Below are positions 46,121-55,718 of a DNA stretch of 64,000 bases, one piece after another. Below the pieces are notes generated by a model, which was not told the origin of the DNA, ran no database searches, and saw nothing but the letters and a program-made list of their open reading frames with translations. The DNA comes from Candidatus Giovannonibacteria bacterium (GTDB taxonomy: Bacteria; Patescibacteriota; Minisyncoccia; UBA11713; 2-01-FULL-45-33). The stretch lies in the NCBI GenBank assembly GCA_016432405.1, contig CP066687.1, forward strand, positions 150,281-214,280. The letters are read 5' to 3'. Each line of letters starts with the position of its first letter. Position 1 is the first letter of the stretch. The translations under genes were made by a program, and so were the position numbers.

Positions 46121-46929
46121 TTGACGAATATCAGTTCAATTCCTCTCGCTTTCAAGATGTTCTCGACGTCAAGATAGGCATTTCCGGAGGCGAAGAAGCA
46201 TCTTTTGATGCCGGCTTCGGCGAGTATGCCGGAACAGGTAATGCACGGAAACACAGAAACATAAATATCAGCTTCTTTTATCCCGCCTCTTGCCGCTAGA
46301 ACCTGCTCCGCGTGGATCGTCGGAGTAATTTCGCTTTGTTTTCCGGCTTCAACGAAATCCCTGATGTTGCCGAAAGCATAAGGCCGGTACTCGCTGATAG
46401 GATCTTTGTTGTATGCTTTTCCAATAACCACTCCATCTTTCACCGCAACCGCTCCAACTTGTCTCCACCAATCCGGGCTTTTCTTGCCTTCTTCTATCGC
46501 TTGGCGCATCAACTCTCTGTCAAAAGGACTCGCAGATTCCCTGTCGTATTTGATGTCTGTGCGCGAAACAATGCTTCGCTCATCCCATCGGAGAAAGGAG
46601 GAATCGTACCAGATATTACAGCCCGGCAGATATTTTACCGCAAAGCGCCGGGTGATGCTCTCGTCCGATGTGATAATATTGCATCCCTCGAGCCGTTGCG
46701 CGGCGGAAGCGTCTAAAATCTCAACATTCTTGAAATAACCGCTGGCCTCCACGAGCTTTTTAGCCGTCGCGGAATCAATGGCCCGGATTTCCCGAACCAA
46801 AAATTTACACTTTTCCACAAACTCATCGCCGAGAATGAAAAGCCCGTCAACCTTCGCGGAGTATTTCTCAAAAAGATTGAGATAGCCCTGATGGATGACC
46901 GGAATGTAAAGCACAAGAAATGTCTTCAT
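46117..46929 (-). CDS. CMP/dCMP deaminase-family protein with ~135-aa N-terminal extension of unknown function
   Basis: C-terminal zinc motifs HAE…PCITC; N-terminal domain unassigned. Confidence 0.6.
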   Translation of the reverse strand: MKTFLVLYIPVIHQGYLNLFEKYSAKVDGLFILGDEFVEKCKFLVREIRAIDSATAKKLVEASGYFKNVEILDASAAQRLEGCNIITSDESITRRFAVKYLPGCNIWYDSSFLRWDERSIVSRTDIKYDRESASPFDRELMRQAIEEGKKSPDWWRQVGAVAVKDGVVIGKAYNKDPISEYRPYAFGNIRDFVEAGKQSEITPTIHAEQVLAARGGIKEADIYVSVFPCITCSGILAEAGIKRCFFASGNAYLDVENILKARGIELIFVK

Positions 46930-47531
46930 GGCTTGCCTCCTCTAGCGTCGAGCAGCGACATCATCGCGGAAAGATTTTTTTTGAGCGCTTCCTGGATTAT
47001 TGCGGTGCTGGAAGTATTTTCCGCCTGCCGCGGCAGAACTACCAGCTTGCGGCAGTATTTCTTTATCTCCCGCTTCTGCTCCGGAGAATAGCTGTCTCCC
47101 TCAACCGCTATGAACACATCCGGCCGAATGCACTTCAAAAGGCCGCATTTCCACCTTCCTTTTTCATCCATATCGTCAAGCAGCGTTACGAAATCCACGG
47201 GGAGTTGGTAACTCAACATTTCCATCCGTTCCTCTTCCGGAATGATGGGGCGGTGCGCGCCTTTTGTCTTTTTGACAATGCGGTCGCTGTCAGTCCCCAC
47301 AATCAGGATATTGCCCTTTTCCTTTCCAGCTATAAGATAGCGGACATGTCCTATATGGAGCATATCCCAGGAGCCAATCGTGAGCACTATTTTATAGCCG
47401 GCCGCGCGGAACCCGTCCGCGATTTTCGCGACGGCGCGGTAATCGCGGACGACTTTTTTCCGAAGCGTGAGCACTAAGTCAGACAGAGAATTATTCTGGG
47501 AATTGGGTTTCTTTTTCTTGTGCATCTTCAT
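46926..47531 (-). CDS. Cytidylyltransferase-like nucleotidyltransferase (HIGH-motif family)
   Basis: TIGSWDMLHIGHVRYL (HxGH), TagD/RfaE-domain-II-like length. Confidence 0.6.
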   Translation of the reverse strand: MKMHKKKKPNSQNNSLSDLVLTLRKKVVRDYRAVAKIADGFRAAGYKIVLTIGSWDMLHIGHVRYLIAGKEKGNILIVGTDSDRIVKKTKGAHRPIIPEEERMEMLSYQLPVDFVTLLDDMDEKGRWKCGLLKCIRPDVFIAVEGDSYSPEQKREIKKYCRKLVVLPRQAENTSSTAIIQEALKKNLSAMMSLLDARGGKP

Positions 47532-48055
47532 TCTCCCTTCCTAAGTTTTCTTTCGAGGCGCCACCAAAGAAAATCGTATTCATTTTTTTCGTCTGCCCCT
47601 ACGCATTTCTGTTCTGCATACTCCCACTCGTCCGCATTCCATTTTGGAAAAAACGTGTCGCCATCAACTTCCGCCAAAACAAGCGTTATGTACATCGTGT
47701 CTGCGTGAGAAAGCGCTAGCTTATATATCTCCGCGCCACCAATGACGAATACTTCTTTTTCGCCCTCGGCCAGTTTCAGCGCCTCCTCCCACGAATGCGC
47801 TATCAGGCATTCGGGTGTATGCCAGTCCCTTTGTCTTGTCAGCACAATGGTTTTTCGGTTAGGCAGGGGCTTGCCGATTCGTTTAAGTATTGACTCGTGG
47901 GTTTTTCTCCCGACTATCACCGCGTGCCCTAAAGTTAGATCTTTGAAGCGCTTAAGGTCAGTAGGCAGATGCCAAGGAATCTCGCCGGCTTTTCCGATTA
48001 CTCCGCTATTTTCTGCCATCGCCACGATTATGGAAATTTTTACGCCCATATCCAT
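47528..48055 (-). CDS. folA: Dihydrofolate reductase
   Basis: Start at internal ATG 48055 with GAGGGGAG SD; ISIIVAMAENSGVIG…IPW…LP.D; 4-nt overlaps with downstream genes. Confidence 0.85.
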   Translation of the reverse strand: MDMGVKISIIVAMAENSGVIGKAGEIPWHLPTDLKRFKDLTLGHAVIVGRKTHESILKRIGKPLPNRKTIVLTRQRDWHTPECLIAHSWEEALKLAEGEKEVFVIGGAEIYKLALSHADTMYITLVLAEVDGDTFFPKWNADEWEYAEQKCVGADEKNEYDFLWWRLERKLRKGE

Positions 48056-48129
48056 TATTTGTTTCTCCCCTCTTTGTAAATTTTCTTCTATTGGCAAATT
48101 AGCAAACTTGCTGTAAATTATCAAGATAT

Positions 48130-49368
48130 ATGAAAATCCGGATTTTGGCTTTAATTATTTTGCTCATCGGTCTCGCCGCAGGATTTTTTGATTTTTGGGG
48201 CTGGAGCCCGTTCCGGCTAGGGCTTGATCTTCAAGGCGGGACGCATCTGGTTTACCGCGCGGACACCTCTTTGATTTCTTCCGCGGAAGCCGGCGAAGCG
48301 ATGGCTGGAGTAAGAGACGTTATTGAAAGGCGCGTAAATCTTTTCGGCGTCTCCGAGCCGATTGTGCAGACGGAGCGGGTTGGAGGAGAGCGGCGGCTCA
48401 TCGTGGAGCTTGCGGGCGTTTTTGACATAAAAGAAGCCATAAAAGCCATAGGGGAAACTCCTTACTTGGAATTTAGGGAATTAAAAGGGGAAGATTTTGT
48501 GACCACGAATCTGACCGGCAGGTATTTAAAGCGCGCTTCTTTGAGTTTTGAGCAAAATTTGGGCGAGCCGCAGGTTTTTTTGGAGTTTAACGACGAAGGC
48601 GCGGAAATATTTGAAAAGATTACCGAAAGAAATGTCGGCAGTCCCGTGGCTATTTTTTTGGACGGCGCTCCAATCAGCGCGCCGGTAGTGCAGGAGCGCA
48701 TCAGCGGAGGTCAGGCGCAGATAACCGGGCGATTCACTCTGGAAGAAGCGAAACAACTGGTCAGGCGGTTTAACGCCGGGGCTTTGCCGGTTCCAATCAC
48801 TTTGCTTTCGCAAGAAAGCGTCGGCGCTTCTTTGGGCAAGGACGCGCTTATAAAAAGTTTGCGCGCCGCGATTTACGGGACGCTCGCCGTCATGCTCTTT
48901 ATGATTTTATGGTACCGGCTCCCCGGCGTAATTTCAGTTTTGGCGCTCGGCGTTTACGGCGCGCTCACTCTGCTTTTGTTTAAATTGATTCCGGTGACGC
49001 TTTCGTCCGCAGGCATCGCCGGATTTATTTTGTCGGTGGGCATGGCGGTGGACGCCAATATTTTGATATTTGAGCGCATGAAAGAGGAGCTCCGTTTTGG
49101 GCGCTCGCTGGATACTGCGATGGCCGAGGGCTTTCGCCGGGCATGGACATCAATACGCGATTCCAATGTCTCCAGTCTGATTACCGCGGTGATTCTTTAC
49201 TGGTTCGGCACGTCAATCGTCCGCGGATTCGCGCTGACCTTGGGGCTGGGAATTTTGGTTAGCATGTTTTCGGCAATCACCGCCTCGCGCTATTTTCTTT
49301 TCTCTCTGCCGCATAAAACACAGACAAAACTCGCACATTTTCTCTTCGGCGCTGGATTTTCTCGCTAA
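48130..49368 (+). CDS. secD: Protein-export membrane protein SecD
   Basis: N-terminal TM, large periplasmic domain, C-terminal 5-TM bundle; 412 aa; no secF adjacent. Confidence 0.75.
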   Translation: MKIRILALIILLIGLAAGFFDFWGWSPFRLGLDLQGGTHLVYRADTSLISSAEAGEAMAGVRDVIERRVNLFGVSEPIVQTERVGGERRLIVELAGVFDIKEAIKAIGETPYLEFRELKGEDFVTTNLTGRYLKRASLSFEQNLGEPQVFLEFNDEGAEIFEKITERNVGSPVAIFLDGAPISAPVVQERISGGQAQITGRFTLEEAKQLVRRFNAGALPVPITLLSQESVGASLGKDALIKSLRAAIYGTLAVMLFMILWYRLPGVISVLALGVYGALTLLLFKLIPVTLSSAGIAGFILSVGMAVDANILIFERMKEELRFGRSLDTAMAEGFRRAWTSIRDSNVSSLITAVILYWFGTSIVRGFALTLGLGILVSMFSAITASRYFLFSLPHKTQTKLAHFLFGAGFSR

Positions 49369-49435
49369 TTGACTCTCTTTATTTGCTATGCTACCTTGAT
49401 TTTAGAAACAAACTTTCGGCGAAAGGAGATTAAAA

Positions 49436-49774
49436 ATGGTTTTGAAGCAATTAGGAAGTAAAAATGGCCATCCGTTGATAGAATGTGATGGCAAGAAAAT
49501 AGCCGTCGGCGATTTTCTTAAGATGTCTGACAGAGCGGACAGGCCGCCTTTTTACGGAGTTGTCACAGAGATTGTTGTTTTTCGGAATGGCCGCAAAATT
49601 AGATCTTGCAATATTCTTCTTGAAGATGAGGCAAAACTTAGGTCTCATTTAATAAGTTTAGGCCCCAACTGTGTTTTGGCAGACAGCATCACGGTGCTAA
49701 CAGCTTCACAGCTTGTCAACGAAATAAACGATCTTCAAAAAAGGTGTTTTGATGCGCTGATGGTGGTTGCATAA
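49436..49774 (+). CDS. Hypothetical protein (112 aa)
   Basis: AAGGAG SD; no recognisable domain. Confidence 0.35.
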   Translation: MVLKQLGSKNGHPLIECDGKKIAVGDFLKMSDRADRPPFYGVVTEIVVFRNGRKIRSCNILLEDEAKLRSHLISLGPNCVLADSITVLTASQLVNEINDLQKRCFDALMVVA

Positions 49775-49813
49775 TATATCGTCAAAAGCCGACTATTAGT
49801 TTTTTGGTTCCTT

Positions 49814-49846
49814 GCGCTCGAGGGAGTAACCCCCGAGCGTTTTTTA
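49814..49846 (+). terminator. Intrinsic terminator
   Basis: CGCTCGAGGG-AGTAACCC-CCGAGCG then TTTTTTATT. Confidence 0.7.
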
Positions 49847-49865
49847 TTGATTGTAAAATTTTATC

Positions 49866-51413
49866 ATGTTAAGCTCATCGGTAATGAACTGGTTCAACAG
49901 GTTCACAGCAAGCCGATGGCGTTTTTTGTTGGCGATGATGTTACTTGGCGGAGCAAATTTTGTCTATGGAGCTTCCGGCGATGTCGCGATTTCCGAAATT
50001 TTATTTGACCCGGCTGGAGGGAATGATACGGGTTTGGAATACGTTGTCGTAAAAAATTTTGGCGCTTCGCAGATAAATCTATCCGGCTGGCATTTATATC
50101 CGGACGGCATTGGCTATTTTGCTTTCCCGGACTTTGTTTTGAACGCCGGGGCGTCAGTTGAAATCCATCTCCGCGCGAGCGGTGCGGACGACGACGCAAA
50201 TTTATATTTTCCGGCTGCCTCCGGCAATATGGGAAATTCCTCCGGCTCGCTTGCGCTTTTTTCAAGCACGACTCATTCTAAAGACACAATTGTTTCTTAT
50301 GTAAGATACCATAATCCCGGGAGTTCCGAGAAAAAAACTTGGGAGACCACCGCCGCAAGCGCTGGCGTCTGGACCGCCGGGACTTTCATTGATATTGCCG
50401 CGGGAGCCGAGGGAAAAATTTTAAAGTTAAACAATTTCAATCAGCGCGCAAGCATAGTCGGCTGGACTATATCCAATCCGGCTCCGGACTCAACGCCGCC
50501 AGCGGAAGAAAGCGACGCTACGGACGCGTCCGTTTCTGAAACTCAAACCAGTGGTTCGGTTGCGCCCAGGCCGGTTGCCCAAATTAAGGCCTACGCGGGA
50601 GAGGACCGCTCGGCGATAGCCGGGGCTACAATATTTTTTGACGGGTTTGCGGAGGGCCTTGCCGGCGAGCCGTTGGACGGCGCAAGATTTTCGTGGAATT
50701 TCGGTGACGGCTCGCCTATTTTAGACGGCAAAAAAATCGGACATGTTTTTCTTTATCCGGGCGTATACACGGTTTCTTTGAATATTTCGTCGGGCGAGTA
50801 TTCTGCGATGGATACGGTCAACATTGCTGTCACGGCGAGCCCGCTCGCGATTTCAGAAATTAAAACGGGGCCGGATGGCTGGATTGAAATCAAAAATAAT
50901 TCCGCGCGGAAAATTGAAATATCAAGATTTGGCCTCTCATACGGAGATAAAGTATTTATATTTTCAGAAAATACATTTGCGGCCCCTTACGCGGCGCTAG
51001 TTTTGGGCACTACTACTCTCGGTTTCTTACTGCCTGCTTACGGAGGAGAAATAAAATTTATTTATCCAAACGGTTCCATTATGTCTTCTTTAAATTACCC
51101 GGTTTTAGCGCTCGCGAAAGGAGAAAGTTTGAATTTCAATAACGGCTTTTGGGTTGCGGCCGCAGCGACTCCGGGCGCAAAAAATGAAGTAGTTAAGGAG
51201 GTTAAAAGCGGCGCTGCTGCGCACCAAGAGCAGCCCAAAATTAGCGGCAATGAAGAGCCGCAACAAAATCAAACTGCTTCCGTAATAAATATTGAAAGCT
51301 CTGCCGGCGCCCGGGCTTTTTGGGGCGGGGATTATTTCTGGCTTTTTGCCGGACTCGGCGCCGGCGTAGTGGCGGCTCTCGTTTTCTTTTTGGGCAAACG
51401 ATATTGGGCTTAG
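49866..51413 (+). CDS. Cell-surface protein with two lamin-tail (LTD) domains, a PKD domain and C-terminal TM anchor
   Basis: Signal peptide; LTD-like DVAISEILFDPAGGNDTGLEYVVVKNFG…LSGWHL and LAISEIKTGPDGWIEIKNNS; PKD FSWNFGDGSP…YPGVYTVSLNI; C-terminal YFWLFAGLGAGVVAALVFFLGKRYWA. Confidence 0.65.
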   Translation: MLSSSVMNWFNRFTASRWRFLLAMMLLGGANFVYGASGDVAISEILFDPAGGNDTGLEYVVVKNFGASQINLSGWHLYPDGIGYFAFPDFVLNAGASVEIHLRASGADDDANLYFPAASGNMGNSSGSLALFSSTTHSKDTIVSYVRYHNPGSSEKKTWETTAASAGVWTAGTFIDIAAGAEGKILKLNNFNQRASIVGWTISNPAPDSTPPAEESDATDASVSETQTSGSVAPRPVAQIKAYAGEDRSAIAGATIFFDGFAEGLAGEPLDGARFSWNFGDGSPILDGKKIGHVFLYPGVYTVSLNISSGEYSAMDTVNIAVTASPLAISEIKTGPDGWIEIKNNSARKIEISRFGLSYGDKVFIFSENTFAAPYAALVLGTTTLGFLLPAYGGEIKFIYPNGSIMSSLNYPVLALAKGESLNFNNGFWVAAAATPGAKNEVVKEVKSGAAAHQEQPKISGNEEPQQNQTASVINIESSAGARAFWGGDYFWLFAGLGAGVVAALVFFLGKRYWA

Positions 51414-51433
51414 AGCGTTATATAATTAATTAA

Positions 51434-53671
51434 ATGAAAGGTGAGCTCAAAAAGCCCGTAATTTTTGTTTTTTCTACTGCCTACTTGCCGTTCATCGGCG
51501 GAGCTGAGGTTGCGATTGAACAAGTTGCGAAAAGATTCAAAGACATGTTTGATTTTGTTATTTTTACTTCCCGGATGCGCGGAGATTTGCCGACAATGGA
51601 AGTCAGAAGCGAGGGGTTGGTGATTAGAGTTGGATTCGGAAATAAATTTGATAAATTTTTGCTTTTGTTTTTTGGATGGTTTAGGGCATTACGAGAGCTG
51701 AAAAAACGCCGCGGTAGAATGATTTTTTGGGTTATGGATTTTTCGTTCGGCGCTGCAGTTGCCGGGTTTTTGAAAATTTTTTATCCCAAGATTCCTCTGG
51801 TTTTCACAATTCAATACGGCTACGGAGAGGAAAGGGTAGCTAGGGGCAGGTTCGGGCTTATGAATTTGGCGTTTCGGCTTATTTTAATGCAAGCGGATTA
51901 TGTCACCGCGATTTCAAATTATTTGCTTGATTTGTGCAAGCAGTACGGTTATATCGGCGAGGAGGCGGTGATACATAACGGGGTGGATTTAAAAAAGTTT
52001 ACGAATCAAGAATCACGATTAGAAAATCGTGTGATAATTTCAACCTCACGGCGGGTTTACAAAAATGGTTTGGATATTCTGGAGAAGGCATTTGAAATTG
52101 TAAAAAAGAAATTTCCGGATGCCGAGTTGAAAATTATTAGTGACATTCCATATGATGAATTGCCTAAGTATTTATGGAAAGCCCATATTTTCGTCAGACC
52201 CTCGCGCTCGGAGGGGATGGGCAACGCTTTTGTTGAGGCGCTGGCAGCCGGGTTGCCGATTGTCGGCACGCCGGTCGGCGGAATTTTGGATATTATAAAA
52301 GACGGCGAGACGGGGCTTTTCGCGAAAGTGGACGACCCGAAAGATTTGGCTGAAAAAATTAAAATTTTGTTGGCGGATAAGGCGCTGGCGCGAAAAATTG
52401 TTGAAAACGGCAGAAAAATGGTTGAGGAAAGGTTTGATTGGAACAAAATCGCGCAAAATTACTCGGATATATTTAATCACGAACTTAATCTTAAAAAACG
52501 TGTTTTAATTGCGACCGGAATTTTTCCTCCAGAAGCCGGCGGACCAGCCACTTACAGCAAAATTCTGCTGGACGAGCTGCCGAAAAAAAACTTTGGAGCG
52601 AGGGTTTTGAATTTCAGGTCAGTTCGGCGCTGGCCGAAAATAATTCGCCATTTTATTTATGGCTTGAAGCTTATGGCTTACGGCAGAAATGCCGATATCA
52701 TCTTCGCGCAGGATCCGGTGAGCGTGGGGCTAGCTGCTGCAATTGCTGCAAAAATTCTGCGCAAGAAATTTTTGCTCAAAATCGTCGGCGATTACGCTTG
52801 GGAGCAGGGAGTCCAGCGGTTCGGAGTCAAGGAAGTTTTAGACGAATTTTTGAAAAATAAACCCCCACACCAAAAATTTTGGTGTGGGGGTAAATATCGG
52901 TGGGAAGTTGAGCTTTTGCGCAAGGTACAGAAATTTGTCGCCAACCGCGCGGAGAAAATCGTTGTGCCTAGTGAGTATTTAAGAAAAGTTGTTAGGCAAT
53001 GGGGTATTAATCATGATAACATTCATGTTGTTTACAATACTTTTGAGTGGCCAACGAACCTTGTTAAACCGGGCTTTAGGGATTACAAATCTGATAAACA
53101 AGATTATTTACAAAATCCAATTAAGTTTAAAAATAAAAAACGAGTTCTTTTGTCGGCTGGTAGATTGGTTCCATGGAAGGGATTTTCTGCACTGATTGAG
53201 ATATTGCCGCAATTGTTAAACGATTTTCCTAATTTGAGATTGATTATTGTTGGTTCTGGTCCGGAAAAGGACAAATTGAAATCCCAAGTTATCAATCAGA
53301 AATTAGAAAAAGAGGCAATATTAACTGGTTCTGTGCCACGCCAAGAGTTATTGGAATGTCTTTCTAGCGCCGATGTTTTTGCACTTAATACTGCTTACGA
53401 AGGGTTTTCTCACTTGATTTTAGAAGCAATGGCGCTTGGTGCGCCCATAGTAACAACAAAAGTGGGCGGCAACCCAGAGATTATAAAAGGCGAAAATGGT
53501 TTTTTGGTTGGCTTTAACGACAAAGAGGCTCTTTATCGAAAAATCTACGAGTTATTAACTAATCCCTTTTTGGCCGAAAAATTTTCAAATAATGGTTGTG
53601 CTACAGTGGCGCAATTGGCAAATAAAGAATTTATGCTTAATCATACAATAAACATTTTTAAAGACTTATGA
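51434..53671 (+). CDS. Tandem fusion of two GT4-family (GT-B) glycosyltransferases
   Basis: Two Glycos_transf_1 C-domains (…PSRSEGMGNAFVEALAAGLPIV… and …AYEGFSHLILEAMALGAPIV…), 745 aa. Confidence 0.75.
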   Translation: MKGELKKPVIFVFSTAYLPFIGGAEVAIEQVAKRFKDMFDFVIFTSRMRGDLPTMEVRSEGLVIRVGFGNKFDKFLLLFFGWFRALRELKKRRGRMIFWVMDFSFGAAVAGFLKIFYPKIPLVFTIQYGYGEERVARGRFGLMNLAFRLILMQADYVTAISNYLLDLCKQYGYIGEEAVIHNGVDLKKFTNQESRLENRVIISTSRRVYKNGLDILEKAFEIVKKKFPDAELKIISDIPYDELPKYLWKAHIFVRPSRSEGMGNAFVEALAAGLPIVGTPVGGILDIIKDGETGLFAKVDDPKDLAEKIKILLADKALARKIVENGRKMVEERFDWNKIAQNYSDIFNHELNLKKRVLIATGIFPPEAGGPATYSKILLDELPKKNFGARVLNFRSVRRWPKIIRHFIYGLKLMAYGRNADIIFAQDPVSVGLAAAIAAKILRKKFLLKIVGDYAWEQGVQRFGVKEVLDEFLKNKPPHQKFWCGGKYRWEVELLRKVQKFVANRAEKIVVPSEYLRKVVRQWGINHDNIHVVYNTFEWPTNLVKPGFRDYKSDKQDYLQNPIKFKNKKRVLLSAGRLVPWKGFSALIEILPQLLNDFPNLRLIIVGSGPEKDKLKSQVINQKLEKEAILTGSVPRQELLECLSSADVFALNTAYEGFSHLILEAMALGAPIVTTKVGGNPEIIKGENGFLVGFNDKEALYRKIYELLTNPFLAEKFSNNGCATVAQLANKEFMLNHTINIFKDL
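52862..52890. repeat. REP/MITE-like palindromic element, copy 2 (CCCCCACACCAAAA-A-TTTTGGTGTGGGGG), inside glycosyltransferase CDS in frame
   Basis: 14-bp perfect arms; shares arms with copy at 19081-19112; flanked by AAATA-like direct repeats. Confidence 0.6.
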
Positions 53672-54723
53672 GGGTTTTCATGATAAGCGGGGATCCGGGG
53701 GTTTTAGAACCGCAATCGGAGACCGGAAAAAGAACGGAAGAATATCGCAAAGCCCTCGGCAAGCTGGATGTTTTGGTTTGCCGCGGAAGTATTTTTAGTT
53801 TTATTTTCGGGTTTTTGGGAGGACTTAAAATACTTTGGCGCAATAAGTACGATGTGATTACGGCGCAAGATGTGGAGCACACGCTTCTGGCATGGGTATT
53901 TTCAAAATTTTTCAAAACCCCGTTTCAAATGCAAATACACGCCGATATTATGAGCCCGTATTTTCGGCGGGAATCGCTTAAAAATAAAATCCGCGTCGCG
54001 CTCGCAAAATTTTTAGTCCCGCGCGCGGATTGCGCGCGGGTGGTTTCGGAGAGAATTAAAAATTCAATTTTAAGGACGTCGGACGTCCGTTCGGACGTCC
54101 GACGTCCAATAATTGTTCTCTCAATTTTCGTTGACACAGAAAAAATCAAAAACTCGCCAATCAAAACCGATTTGCACAAAAAATATCCCGGGCGGTTTAT
54201 AATTTTGATGGCGTCGCGGATAACAAAAGAAAAAAATATCGGATTGGCGATTGAGGCAGTGAAGGGGCTAATAACCCACCCCTTAAACCCTCTACTTCTC
54301 ATTGTTGGAGACGGGCCGGAGATTGAAAATTTAAAATTTAAAACTTACAAGCTGGGGCTGAATGAAAATATCGTTTTTGAGCCGCATACTGACGATTTAA
54401 TCTCTTACTATAAAACCTGCGATTTATTTTTACTGACCTCAAATTACGAAGGATATGGGCGCACTCTGGTTGAGGCCGCTGCCGCGTCAAACGCGGTTGG
54501 CACAGCGGGGGCGAAAATTATATCAAGCGACGTCGGCATCGCGCCGGAAATTTTGGAGCCGGAATGTATTTTCAAAGTCGGCGACAAAAATAATTTAATT
54601 GAAAAATTAAATTCAGTTTTCTTGGGTAACATCAAGACACCGAAACTACTTGTTTCTCAAACAAAAGAGGATTATTTAGGGTTATATAAAAGCAGTTTTG
54701 AGGTATGCGCTCATAAAAAATGA
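53668..54723 (+). CDS. GT4-family glycosyltransferase
   Basis: …TSNYEGYGRTLVEAAAASNAV… Glycos_transf_1 signature. Confidence 0.7.
   Translation: MRVFMISGDPGVLEPQSETGKRTEEYRKALGKLDVLVCRGSIFSFIFGFLGGLKILWRNKYDVITAQDVEHTLLAWVFSKFFKTPFQMQIHADIMSPYFRRESLKNKIRVALAKFLVPRADCARVVSERIKNSILRTSDVRSDVRRPIIVLSIFVDTEKIKNSPIKTDLHKKYPGRFIILMASRITKEKNIGLAIEAVKGLITHPLNPLLLIVGDGPEIENLKFKTYKLGLNENIVFEPHTDDLISYYKTCDLFLLTSNYEGYGRTLVEAAAASNAVGTAGAKIISSDVGIAPEILEPECIFKVGDKNNLIEKLNSVFLGNIKTPKLLVSQTKEDYLGLYKSSFEVCAHKK
54074..54107. repeat. 34-nt perfect GC-rich palindrome (GGACGTCGGACGTCCG-TT-CGGACGTCCGACGTCC) inside GT4 CDS
   Basis: 16-bp perfect arms, built from GACGTC units; encodes RTSDVRSDVRRP in frame. Confidence 0.7.
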
Positions 54724-55718
54724 ATCTTTTAATCCTCACTCAAAAAGTTGATAAGGACGATGATAACTTAGGGTTTTTCCATCGCTGGCTGGATGAGCTT
54801 GCAGAAAGAGCCGACAAAGTGTTTGTCGTGGCGAATTTTGTCGGCGAGCATAATTTGCCGGCCAATGTCCAAATTTTTTCTTTGGGAAAAGAGAGGGGAT
54901 TGGGCAGAATCAGGCGCTATATAAATTTTTATAAATATCTGTTTTCTGCTCTGCCGAAAGCAGATGCCGTGTTTGTGCATATGATTCCGATCTGGGTTAT
55001 TCTCGCTTGGCCTGCGGCGGCGATTTTCGGAAAAAAAATATATTTGTGGTACACTCACAAATCAGTGACATTGTCTTTGCGGCTTGCCGAAAAACTGGCT
55101 GCAAAAATTTTCACGGCCTCACCAGAGAGCTGTCGGCTCCGCTCTAAAAAAATTATGGTCACTGGACATGGCATTGATACCGAGCATTTTAAGCCGAAAG
55201 ATATGCCGAAAACCGAGGCGCTTAAACTTCTTAGCGTGGGGAGGATTACGCCATCCAAAGATTACAAGTTTGTTATTGAAGTCGTTGGTTTAGCAAGCGG
55301 AAATGCGGTTTTAGACATAGTTGGAGAACCAATCACAAAGGTTGACGTTACATATAAAAGGAAGCTGGAGATGCTGGTTTTGGAGAAAAATTTGCGCGAC
55401 AGAGTTATATTTTTGGGCGCAAAGAATCAAGACGAAATGCCGGATATCTACAACGGCCACGATATTTTGCTTCACGCAAGTGAAACCGGCAGTATGGACA
55501 AGGCGGTGCTGGAAGCAATGTCCTGCGGGCTTCCGATAATAACCACCAGCGAAGCGTTTAAAAATCTGCTTGCGGTTTTGCCGAAGGATACCGCCGTGGT
55601 TGCGGGAAAAATTATTCAAGCGGCCGGCGCAGGAAAAAATTTGGCTTTGCGCGAATTGGTTATAAAAAATCACAATCTTGAAAACACGATTGAAACAATT
55701 ATCGCCAATATGAGATGA
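54720..55718 (+). CDS. GT4-family glycosyltransferase (DUF1972-like N-domain)
   Basis: 332 aa; …HASETGSMDKAVLEAMSCGLPII…. Confidence 0.75.
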   Translation: MNLLILTQKVDKDDDNLGFFHRWLDELAERADKVFVVANFVGEHNLPANVQIFSLGKERGLGRIRRYINFYKYLFSALPKADAVFVHMIPIWVILAWPAAAIFGKKIYLWYTHKSVTLSLRLAEKLAAKIFTASPESCRLRSKKIMVTGHGIDTEHFKPKDMPKTEALKLLSVGRITPSKDYKFVIEVVGLASGNAVLDIVGEPITKVDVTYKRKLEMLVLEKNLRDRVIFLGAKNQDEMPDIYNGHDILLHASETGSMDKAVLEAMSCGLPIITTSEAFKNLLAVLPKDTAVVAGKIIQAAGAGKNLALRELVIKNHNLENTIETIIANMR

